Source: Paecilomyces variotii
Lineage: Eukaryota
Direction: 5' to 3' (one strand)
NCBI GenBank assembly: GCA_004022145.1
Contig: RCNU01000018.1
Length of the DNA stretch: 64,000 nucleotides
This document shows positions 23,543 to 34,338 of this stretch, piece by piece; position 1 is the first letter of the stretch, and each line of letters begins with the position of its first letter. The position numbers and the translations under genes are program-made. Under the pieces are notes generated by a model. The model was not told the DNA's origin, ran no database searches, and saw only the letters and a list, made by a program, of their open reading frames with translations.

Positions 23543-26500
23543 TTACAATTTCGCCTTGGCTCCCTCGAGAAGCTCTGCACCAGCACCAGAAATGGCCAGC
23601 TTGCCCGTCTCAACCACAGTGGTCTGGAAGATGACAGTGTTGCCCTCCTTCCACATCTCCGTCTTCAGCGTCTGGCCGGGCAGGACGACACCTGCGAAGC
23701 GGACCTTCAAGTTCTTGAAGGCGCCGTACTTGGCAAAGACATGCTTGCCAGAGACGCCCAGAGAGCAGAGGCCGTGCAAGATGGGGGTCTTGAATCCTCC
23801 GACCTTGCTGAACTCAGGGTCAATGTGAAGCGGGTTGCGGTCACCGTTGAGACGGTAGAGGGCAGCCTGATCCTCAGAGGTCTTCTCCTGAACGACAGCG
23901 TCAGCCGCCCTCTGCGGGGGCTTGTACGCAGTAGTTGCAGCCTTTGGTCGAGGAGCCGTCAGCTTGTTAGAGCCGCCAAACCCACCGCTGCCGCGGATGA
24001 AGATAGTGGACTCGTTGTAGAACAACTCTTCACCAGTCTTCGCATCTTTGGTCGTGTAGCCAGCGACGACGATGGCGGCATTACCCTTGTCGACAACATC
24101 GATGAGCTTGGGGTAGGTCAACGTCTTGGCGGCAGTCGGGATGGGGAACTTGCGGATCTCCAGGTATTGCTCGCCATGGAGAAGCATCATGGGGGAGAAG
24201 TTGGGGATGATATCATCCATGTTCCAGGGCACGGCAGTGTTGAACCACGGGATAACTCCATAGGTGGGCAGGGCCTGGAAGTTCTCGTGGTTCTCGTAAA
24301 CCAACGGAAGGTCGGTACGCTTAGCACCAACGCTAAGGTTGTAGAGGATGATATCGCGGTCGACGTAGTCGAAGGGAGTGCCGTCGCTGGTGAGCTTCTT
24401 AGCCTTCTCGATGGCCTGCAGGAAGTTTCCGTCCTCCTTGGACTCCTCGCTGTCTCCACCCGCGCGATTAGACATGTTGGCCATGACCTTCTCTGAACCC
24501 GCCGAGGCATCCTCAGGGTGGTCGGCGCGGCCGTCGTCGAAGTTGACAATGTTCTTCCATTCCTTGAGAACAGCCTCGGGGGTGAGCTTCACGTCGACTG
24601 GGAAGCCATGTCCTCCAGATCGCTGCCACCTGGTGCTGCCGAACCATCCGCTGCCGCACTCATACAGACCCTTCGTGCCAGGCTCAAGCTTGTCCGAGGA
24701 CAGGAGTACGACCAAAGGTGCGACATAGTCGGGCTTGAAGGCCTGGACAACCTCCTCGGGCAGGATCGTCCGGGTCATGTTGGTACCTGCGTTAGGAGCG
24801 ATGGTGTTGACCTTGATGTTGTACTTGGCTCCCTCCAGCGCCAGAGCGCGGGAGAAACCGAGAATACCCAGCTTCTAAGATCGAAAGCTTGTCAGCGGGC
24901 TTTCACAATCTTCATTCAGCAAGGGATACCTACCGCTGCTGCGTAGTTGGACTGGCCAAAGTTGCCGTAGATACCGCTAGTGCTGGTGGTGTTCACAACA
25001 CGACCATACTTCTGCTTCAAGAAATAGGGCCAGGCAGCCTTGGTGACCTTGTATGTACCGTGCAGGTGGATATTCAGCACGGGATCCCACAGCTTGTCAT
25101 CCATGTTGTGGAAGGCCTTGTCGCGCAGGATACCGGCATTGTTAACAAGGATATCAATTCTTCCGAAGGCGTCGATAGCTGGCTTGATCACAGCCTCGCC
25201 ATCTTCAACGGAGGCTTTGGAGCCGACGGCCTGTCCACCCATCTTCTTGATTTCCTGAACAACAGGCTCAGGGTCGATAAGGTCATTGACGACCACAGCG
25301 GCTCCAAGTTTGGCGAAAAGCAGACAGTACGCACGGCCAAGACTGGGAAAACCTGTTAGATGCGTGATTTTCAGGAACATGATTGAAAGTTCACTCACCC
25401 ATTTCCACCGCCAGTAACTAAGGCGACTCTGCCCTTGAAGTCAGGCTCTTCTCCCTTGGGAGCACTGGGAAGCTTCTGGCCCTCCTCCAGCAGACCCATG
25501 AAGTCAGCGGGACCAGTCGGATAGCTGGGCTCGGAGAAGTCGTTGACATCGTTCCACTTGCTCAGGATAGCACCAGGCGTCAGAGACGCATCGGTCTTCA
25601 ACAGAGCACCCTTTGAACGCTCCCAGCGGAGCTTGGCGACGTGACCACCGCCAACTTCGTAGATACCTCCAGTCTCCGTGGTGTTTGAGGAGTGCACCAA
25701 AACAGCAACCAAGGGAACAACCCATTCGGGCTTGAGGTTCTCCAGAACGTCAGGTGGGAGGATAGTGGCCGTCATACGGCTTGCAGCTATGCTCACTTGT
25801 TAGTCAACCTGCGCCCCCTACTGATAAATCAGTGATCAACGTACCGATGGGTGCAATGACGTTAGCGATAATGTTATACTTGGCACCTTCCTTTGCCAGC
25901 GTCTCAGTGAAACCGACCTGGCCGAGTTTGGCCGCTGATCTCGTCAGTAATCATGGAACCTTGAACGGAAGCTTGCGGTCATACCTGAGTAGTTGGTCTG
26001 GCCGAAGTTACCGAACAATCCTGCTGCAGAAGCGGTGTTGATGATACGACCATACTTCTGTTTCCTGAAATGAGGCCAGGCGGCTCTCGCGCACTACCTG
26101 TCTATCAGCATCCTGTCCAATGTTGCCTAGCCGTTGTCGGGATTATTCACCTTGTATGCACCGTAGGTGTGAACCTTGTAGATCAGCTCCCAGTCCTGAT
26201 CCTTCATGTTCTTGAAGCTGACATCGCGCAGGATACCAGCGTTGTTGATAAGGATGTCCACACGGCCGAAAGCCTTGATGGCAGTGTCAATGATGGCCTC
26301 ACCGTTCTCCACGCTGTCGTAGTTGGCAACGGCCTTGCCGCCCGCTGCTCGAATCTCGTCTACAACAACATCTGCAGCCTGGAAGTCGATTGTCAGCGGG
26401 GTTGCATAGAGGACAGGAACCGGTTAGGTCCGGAGAAAGATGCTCTTACCTTTGAGGAATTGCCCTCGCCTTTGTGGGAGGCTCCGAGGTCGTTGACCAC

Positions 26501-26605
26501 GACGTTGGCGCCTCTTGAGGCAAAGAAGGTAGCGTATGCCTTACCGAGACCACCGCCGGCACCCGTGACGACGACGGTCTGGTTATCGAAGCGCAACTCT
26601 GACAT
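23543..26605 (-). CDS. foxA: Peroxisomal multifunctional beta-oxidation enzyme (2x SDR dehydrogenase + MaoC-type hydratase)
   Basis: TGAGGGLG and NNAGILRD each occur in both SDR halves; hydratase motif [15 protein letters not shown]-terminal PTS1 AKL. Confidence 0.96.
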
Positions 26606-26889
26606 GGTGGAGTATCACGCAGCAGCCGCGAATGTTAAGAAAGAGAAGAGGGACAAGGCGGAGACCACTCAAAACAGAATGCGGATACCCAGACACACAA
26701 GGGGATCCGTCTCCGGGAGAGATGATTATATATAAGGTTAATGTATATGAAGGGAAGGACTAGGAGGGTTTTTCGGCAGGGGAAGAAGAAGAGGAAGATG
26801 GAGGACGTGATGGAGGTTTAATGGAATCGTAGGATGCGGATAATTGCTCGGTGATTCTGACGGGGGCAGCAAGCTCGGCACGCTGGGAA

Positions 26890-26895
26890 CCTCGG
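26890..26895. promoter_or_regulatory. CCTCGG FarA/FarB-type binding core in the foxA promoter
   Basis: Exact CCTCGG about 285 nt upstream of the foxA ATG, with GCTCGG variants at 26846 and 26873 and another CCTCGG at 27351. Confidence 0.6.
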
Positions 26896-27438
26896 CTCGT
26901 TCGCAGTCAGACAACAACAGTACTTAACTAACGATGGAACTAATTATTATCTCTCTCCACCAGACAAGTCGTAGCCGTTTCACATGCCGATATGCTAAGT
27001 ACTCGTGGCTAAAAGTCACCTGGAAATGGTGATTAATTTAACTCAATGTGCCATCACTTGCCTGTGATTCATTATTCTGTCGCGAGCATCGGATTGATCT
27101 AATCAGCTGGGTTAGTAATGTTGACTACTTGGTAGTTAGTTATACTGTTCTTCGTCTTTTATCTAATAATCATTGCCTTGGTTTCCTAGAACCCAGATCT
27201 GTCTGTAGCTGACAATAGCTGTAATAACCAACATGTATTCTTAGAATTAAATTCCCTCCCTAACGTTGCACAGCTACAGTAATAATTAATCTCCCCGCCC
27301 GCTTCGAGCTCCGCTCGGCAGTTTCCCCAGATTTCCACCGATCGGGGCTGCCTCGGGTCTGTGTAATATAGGTAGCCAAAGCTGTATGGTAATTATCGCC
27401 AAACCATCGAGCCTCAACAGTCTGCTTATTCGGTCACG

Positions 27439-28736
27439 ATGCCCGAGATCGTGGACGACAAGTCCCAGCATTGTATTCCTTTCATCCTGGAACGTCTCAA
27501 GGTGCACCAGGCTCGTCACAAAGATGATCCTGATGCCCCGCCTTTCTTCCTGGGTCTGAACGGTGTCCAGGGTGCGGGAAAGACGGTTTTGGTATGTAGG
27601 CACGAGTATTTATATTTGAACTCCAGTTGCTTTTATTTTTCTTTTTCTTCCTTTTCTCTGGACGAATTGTATACGATATTCAACCCCATTGCTGAACGAT
27701 ATATATTACATACAACTAGGTATCTACGCTTCAGAAAACCCTCCGTTCCCCGCCTTACTCCCTCCCCACGGTGACGCTCTCCCTCGACGACATCTACCTC
27801 ACCCACGCGGACCAAGTCGCCCTCGCAGCTGCTCATCCGGATAATCCCCTTCTCCAACACCGCGGACAGCCATCCACGCATGATCTCGCGTTGGGCGAAA
27901 AAATCTTCGCGTCCCTCAAGGCCAATAAACCCACTGCCATCCCGCAGTACGACAAGTCCGCCTTTTCCGGACAAGGGGATCGTGTCCCGGAGTCGCAATG
28001 GGAGATCGTCAATGGCGAAGGTCAGGAGAAGATCAAGCTTGTCATTTTCGAGGGATGGTGTGTGGGATTTCGGCCCTGGGATGACGTGACGCTGAAAGAG
28101 AAATGGGAGGCGGCGGTGCGGCAGAAGGATACTGGGAATTATGATGGGAGATTGGGATATGTTAAATTCGAAGATGTGAAGACGGTCAATGATGCTCTTA
28201 AGCGATATGATGTCTTGACTGAGTGAGTGTTTTGATCAGAAAGTCCAGGTTATTCCTCATGCTGACTTACTTCCATTCTAGCCAGCTCGATGCCCTTATA
28301 CATATGTACGTCTACTGAATCGCTTCCCTTATCGATGAGATTGAAAGAGGCTGATTTTTTTTTCTCTCTCTCGTCCCAGTGATGCCGAAAACCCCCGCTT
28401 TGTCTACGAATGGCGACAGGAGCAGGAACGCACACTACGCGCTGCAAAAGGCACAGGCATGACTGAAGAACAAGTCAACCACTTCGTTGACGGCTGTATG
28501 TCTCCCAGAATACCCTCCAATCCCTTCTAAAAAAAAAATAAAAATAAAAATAAAAACTAGCAATTCTAACGCGCAACTCAGATTACCCATCCTACGAACT
28601 CTTCACCGAAACCCTCCGTGAAGGCGTCTTTAAACCTACTGCAGGCAAACCCGTTCCCGAGGCGGATTGGAAGGGAAGACAACTTCGTCTAGTCGTCGAA
28701 AAGAACAGACGGGTACGGGAAGTTATTACGATTTAG
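27439..28736 (+). CDS. P-loop kinase, TDA10/glycerate-kinase/uridine-kinase-like
   Basis: Walker A GVQGAGKT, SLDDIYL, RGQPSTHD, FEGWCVGF, VYEWRQEQE; multi-exon; stop at 28734-28736. Confidence 0.85.
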
Positions 28737-29060
28737 GGTCCAAAGTCTGCCCATGGGAATCTATATAGGTTGGAATAGACGCTGTATAGATAGACAAAGG
28801 GTCTCTATTTCCTTGTGGTCTTTTCTTAGTTAGCGGGCAGTATCCCTTCGCGACTTACTTAAAAAGCTGTCAATAATAGCAGTTCCGACGGCTCTTACTA
28901 GCTGAAATGGCTAAAAGCGGGGGCGAGAGATTGGAAATAACGTGGGTGTCGAAGGCTTTTCTCATTAGAGGTCTAAAGGAGATCCTAGGATCCGAGAAGT
29001 CTAAGTACAGGTTTGTCACATGATATGTCACGTGACCTCCGGGAAACAAAAAAAAAGATG

Positions 29061-29120
29061 TGCCCCCGGCACGGACCTCAGCATTACAAGTGCTGCGCTC
29101 TACCACTGAGCTATAAGGGC
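29061..29120 (-). pseudogene. tRNA-Thr(TGT) pseudogene lacking the T-psi-C loop / B box
   Basis: GCCCTTATAGCTCAGTGGTAGAGCG CAGCA CT TGT AA TGCTG AGGTC CGTGCC GGGGGCA; 60 nt, with no GTTCGA. Confidence 0.85.
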
Positions 29121-29157
29121 TCTCCGATAAGTTTGGACGCTAATAATATGCATGAAG

Positions 29158-30125
29158 TTAGATACCTTTTAGGGTACCGAGTATTTTATTGCAACTCTGG
29201 TAAGCGGCGAAAAGCTATAGCCGAAGCTGCGCACAAGACTAAAAATAGGATAGAATTTCTCTGCAACGCTAAAGCTTTCTAAAGACCAGTTTTCTATATA
29301 AGTACTCTCTTAGAAACTCAGTAGAGCTTTCCGTTTCTAATTAATAACATTAGCAGCTCGAACTTTACTGATTAAAAATCCATCTAAATACAAAGATAAT
29401 CGCTAGAGGTAAACTAACTCTTCTTATAGGTTAATTAGATAAGACAGAATAGCAGTAAACTTCAGAATATTGTATAATACTGTATATTGTCGAGTTGTCT
29501 TTATACTGCTACAATAGCTTGCTAACTTATTTCAATATTATTGTAATTAGTGGTGCAAGATTGGGTATTACTCTTTATCTTTAGCCCTGGGAGCGGCGCT
29601 GGTGTTCTGCTGGTAATGGAGAGGAGATATACTGCATGCATTTTGTTCTATCTGTGGCCTCTTGTGCCTCCTTCAGTTCTTGGTGGTGCGCGGCCTCCAT
29701 GGCGGCATTGATCGCTGTTAGCCTTTCATTCTCTACGGTCAGGCGAGTGGCCTTTTTCTATCAGCTGGTTAACCTCCACATCGCTGTCTCGGAGATCAGC
29801 CTGTGGACTTTTCGCTACATATAGAGTTAGGGTCAGCGTTTTATTGCTAGTCATAATTGTTTAATGCAACTTCTATCCTCTATCAGGTTTTGAAAATCAT
29901 CGCATTCGTAGCAAGTTTTCAGTCTACTCTCATCCTAAATCTGGATCTAGAATCAGTGTTTCTTCTTCATCCTAAGCTCGAAATACAAGTCCAATTCTTT
30001 TCCTATGGCATACATATTGGTGCATAAAGCATTGAGCTACTATCCTGCGACCTTAATCGTAGCTCGGAACAGGAGTGTTGAGGTAGTAGTAAGTATAAGG
30101 CACCGATAAAGTCTGCTGAAGACAT
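29158..30125 (-). pseudogene. Decayed ORF remnant with RIP-like stop codons (possible mobile-element relic)
   Basis: Minus-strand reading looks coding (KKATRLTVENERLTAINAAMEAAHHQELKEAQE...ETESSTEFLREYLYRKLVFRKL*RCREIL) but is broken by TAG/TAA/TGA stops; the region is TpA-rich. Confidence 0.45.
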
Positions 30126-30778
30126 AACCTATAACTTTTTAATTTTAATGCACCACGCTCTGTGTACGAGTGAAAACAATCCAAAAAAAAATTGTAGATC
30201 TTGTTCTCCGGGTACCTCTTCCGTTCCATATGAACAAGGAGAACTATAGCTGAGCTTTATGCATGCCGCCGCCGCTCAATGTACGCCCACGCGCTGTACC
30301 TCGGTGAACGCTACTGCCCGTTGGGTGTCGTCGATTAGGGCGTAGGGGCACAGGCTCCCTATTATTATTGGATCTGAGCTTCCTGAGCGCTGTGCCTTCT
30401 CCCTACTATTGATCATAATAAGTGCAATGGTGTCGCTCTTACAGATAGAAACTTTTGGCGCAAGCGCCGTCGTAACACACAAGGTAATATAGATACCGGT
30501 TGAGGTGTAAAAAGCAGGAAGAAAGCCATGTGAACCGACCTTGAGGCCAAGGCAAAGCTTGCAGACGTTTCTAAGCAGAGAATTCGGTGGGAGGTGTAAC
30601 ATTACTGAATCAAAATAAAGCAACAGCTTTAGAGAACAAGTTACGGGTTGCTTGAAACTTTTTGATTGTGATCGGAAAAGCTAAGATATCATGTCGCTAA
30701 GAAAAAAAGCAATCCCTATGAACCAAACAACCCGAGACCCGTGATATCGTGAGGAAGAAAAATCAAAAACGCCTGAAT

Positions 30779-32418
30779 CTAGTTCATCTGGCGAACCAGG
30801 GCGTTGATGTGGTCCTCACGGTTACCGGTGTCACCACCCTCGATGAAGTGCTTGAACTTGCGGGTGCGGAAGCCACCGGTGGGGTTGGACAGCTTGAAGG
30901 GCCAGAGGAAGTTCGAGGCCTGCTTGAAGTTGGGGCCAACGGTGTAGATCTCGTGGATCAGATCCTCCATACAGACAATGCCGTACTTGCCGAGGTTCTC
31001 CTCGATGATCTGGTTGTCAGACAGAGCAATGCGCTGCTTGTCGACCTTTCCGTAACCGCGCTTGTAGATGAGCTCGCGGACGGTCTTCAGGTTGGGGTAA
31101 CCGTAGGCGATGTAGGGGTTGACAATGGTCAGCATCTCCTGGGTAGCCTTGGTAAGGCGGACGAAGACACCGTTGTTGATCTGCAGCAGACGGAGCAGCT
31201 GGAGGATCTTGCGGGGCTTAGGAGCGATCTTGTTGATACTGAGAAACGTGTGAGCTCATGCTACTTCAGCAACTGCTTAGGACGGACGCAACTTACCCCT
31301 TGATACGGATAACAAAGACCAGCTTGGGCTCCTCGGGAACGTAGAAGTTACCCTCCTGGCGGCTCAGGCGGCCAAGGCGGATCTTCTCACGCTCAGCATC
31401 ACGGTACTCCTTGACGTAGGCCTCGGCGCGCTTGAAGATAACGGCACGCTTCTCCTTGTTGGCCTGAAGACTGAAAGTCAGCAATGATTCCAGTTATGCA
31501 TATGTAAAAATTAATGCAAAAATTTTCCATGACAAGATCAGCCCCGAAAGATGGTTAACAAAAGCGACAGCATCGACCGATGGTCTAGTCGCGATGTGGT
31601 AGTTATCATCACTATGTCCTACTCCTCCACTAACGTGCAAAGAAAAAGAATAGAAAAAAAGTCAGCACTGACCTTCTTGCGCTTCTCGAGTTCCTCACGG
31701 CGGGCAGCGCGAGCCTGCTCCTGGCTCTTGCGCTTCTTGAGGAGGGTCTCAGGCACGAGGACCTGGTCCTTGGTGGGGACGGTACTGTATCAGACAAGAG
31801 AACGAAGGTCAGTATAGTCTGTCCATACAGAAGCATGGCAAAGACAATCGCCGAGTGTAAAGAACTGCAGCATATAGCGCCACATTCTCACTGAAGGCGG
31901 TAAAAAGGGACTCGACGAAATGAATTTAGTCGGTGAGGATCATTTGGGTGTGACCATGGCTGTTGAATCGCTGCTCCATTTTGCACGTATTCCAACGCAA
32001 ATTTTTTCGCATTACAACGCAACACATGAGACCCGTGACATCCTCATCCGACAAAACCCTAAGCATAACGCTCAGGAATTCATGTTGACGCTTTCTGTCT
32101 CTTTGCAGATCGTCCCCTTCTAGGGGGACTGAACCACTGAGATGACAGTAGCAGACAACAATCAATTTCAAGGAGAAAGCAAAGTAGCCTTCAGCCTCAA
32201 GACCCCATCTCCAGTCCCATTCCCTGAGTGTCCATTAACCCCATTCTCAGAGGCGACTCAATCCGAGGGAAAGGAAAAACGGGAATAATCGAGCTGGTGC
32301 TAAGCAGTATAAGACTGCAGCATCTCCAGCGAGAAGGACGACTATATCTGGAACCTCACGATCTCGACAATCAGCTTCAAGGGATCACAATGGCAACATA
32401 CGTAGCGGTAGAGGCCAT
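30779..32418 (-). CDS. rpl7: 60S ribosomal protein L7 (uL30)
   Basis: [25 protein letters not shown]...[27 protein letters not shown]...YGYPNLK...NFLWPFKL. Intron 1 spans 32401-31785. Confidence 0.95.
31531..31618 (-). ncRNA. Intronic box C/D snoRNA, snR39B-like (snR39/snR59/snR39B group)
   Basis: In rpl7 intron 2: C box GTGATGA (31612-31606), D box CTGA (31541-31538), terminal GACA/TGTC stem. The guide ACCATCTTTCGGG is complementary to the conserved LSU rRNA sequence CCCGAAAGAUGGU. Confidence 0.85.
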
Positions 32419-32716
32419 TTGGAAGGCGTGTCGACGTTGTCTGTCGGCTGGCTTTGGCGGAGGTTGTCGAGCTGAAGAAAATCAAAAGTTCCGAGAAGTC
32501 AAGAAATTTGGTTTGTGTGGACGCCAAGCGGAATTTACGCGCTAGTCTGTTTGTAGATTGACCGACGGGATGCTATCCACGTGACCGATACCCTTATCGG
32601 ATTAGGGTTTCGAGGCGTCATCCGGTCTGGAGGTCCCGCCATCACTTATCGTATCGGCCTGGGATCGGACGATCAAGAGAGTCCCATTCCTAGATACACT
32701 CGTCGCAAAGTAAACC

Positions 32717-33580
32717 ATGGCTTCCAGACGCGGCGTTGGAATTGGCGCCTTCGCAAACCGAAATCAAGCTTCCCAGTCATATGCCAATCATGGCGCAAAC
32801 CTCCGCTCCAGTCACCTCTCCTCTCTGCAGACCCAACTGTCGGTCTTTCAGTCTCTATTGCACAGCTTCGCTCTCGAACATGGCCCGACAATCAAGTCTA
32901 ACCCGACTTTCCGTGCGGAATTCGCGCGCATGTGCAATGCCATCGGCGTTGACCCATTAGCAGCCAGTAATGTGAAGGGTAGAGGCAGCCGGAAGGGCCT
33001 CGTGCCCGGTCTGGCGGAAGGCGGCAGTTTCTGGACCCAGATCCTCGGCGGAGATATGAACGATTTTTATTTTGAAGTCGCAGTGCGAGTTGTCGAATTA
33101 TGTCGAGAAACCCGAAGTGAGAATGGCGGTCTTATTGGCGTCGAAGAATGTCGAAAGAGGGTCGGTAGGGGGAAGGCAATTGGTGGTGGACTCGAAGTCA
33201 CAGAGTATGTCCTACGTGTCTAACGTTCCTAAACAGGTAGACATCCACTTATTAATACTTGATTTAGTGACGATATCTTACGAGCCGTGAAATCACTCGA
33301 GCCCCTTGGATCTGGCATCAATATCATCAGCGTCGGTAGCAAGCAATTCATCCGCTCAGTGCCCAAGGAACTGAACACCGATCAAGCGACAGTCCTTGAA
33401 GTTATTCAGCTCCTCAATTTCGTCACCGTCTCTATGCTACAGCTAAATCTGAATTGGGAGAAAGCGAGAGCTCAGACAGTCATCGATGACCTGTTGGCCG
33501 ATGGTCTAGTCTGGGTAGATACCCAGTGCGAAGAGAATGAGTACTGGTCGCCGCAGAATCTGTTGGATGATAGTGGATGA
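32717..33580 (+). CDS. snf8: ESCRT-II subunit Snf8/Vps22 (EAP30)
   Basis: [54 protein letters not shown]; one intron. Confidence 0.93.
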
Positions 33581-34338
33581 GGAGAAGGGTGTCTTCCTGA
33601 TAAGTTACTTTTGTCTCCCATATACGGGACTATGAGATGCCGGTGCGGAGTTGGGGTCATACCATATAGGTGGATAAACCACTATCTGCAGGTGGTCCCT
33701 TGCACCTAGGTGCGGAACCAGACTATCCTGAGTCCCCGACTGGGCCCATGGAACCATCGCCCTTGGAATAGGCGTAACAGTGGTCTCACGGTCTGAATAT
33801 GGATACGAGGCGGTATATTTTGATACCTGCTGACGGTGCCAGTTGTGACAGCTTCTCAGTCCGTTTATGCCACCCTCAGCGGGAAAGACTGGCGCAGCTG
33901 CGCCAAGGGAGTTCTCAGCCATGATTACGACATATATATAGACTTCTAGTCTTCTGCATCCTCAGAAAGAGCTCATTGTGGATATACGGTGACCCATTGC
34001 ACTAGTAATAATAAATAACGGAGATAATACTATGAGATTGCTACAGAAAAGAAAGAGAGCATATTGAGATATCTAAGCAGCCAGATGCAGGCCCACAATC
34101 TGCCCATCCAGCATTCAAACCGTCCTTTTTTGCACGGAAACCTTTTTCTCTTCATCTAACTTTCAGACATGAACATCATCTGTAAAAGGCATGCATGCAT
34201 GAGATTCAACGCGGTCCACGATTTCACCGTATTGGGAAAGACAGGGACGCGCCGACCATATGTATCTGAGACTCCAAAAGAAAATGAGAAGCATGAGAGA
34301 GAAAAACGTGAAGAGAGCCCATTACAACATTCAACTGC

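Noticed and set aside
23477-24496. Long antisense ORF opposite foxA (likewise those opposite rpl7 and nip1)
   Set aside because: Expected by-product of strong codon bias in highly expressed genes.
31571-31581. Second rRNA-complementary element (ATCGGTCGATG) in the snoRNA
   Set aside because: It is also the self-complementary tip of an internal hairpin and has no canonical D' box after it, so the rRNA match may be coincidental.
33605-33922. 105-aa ORF between snf8 and nip1
   Set aside because: No recognisable motif; lies between convergent 3' ends.
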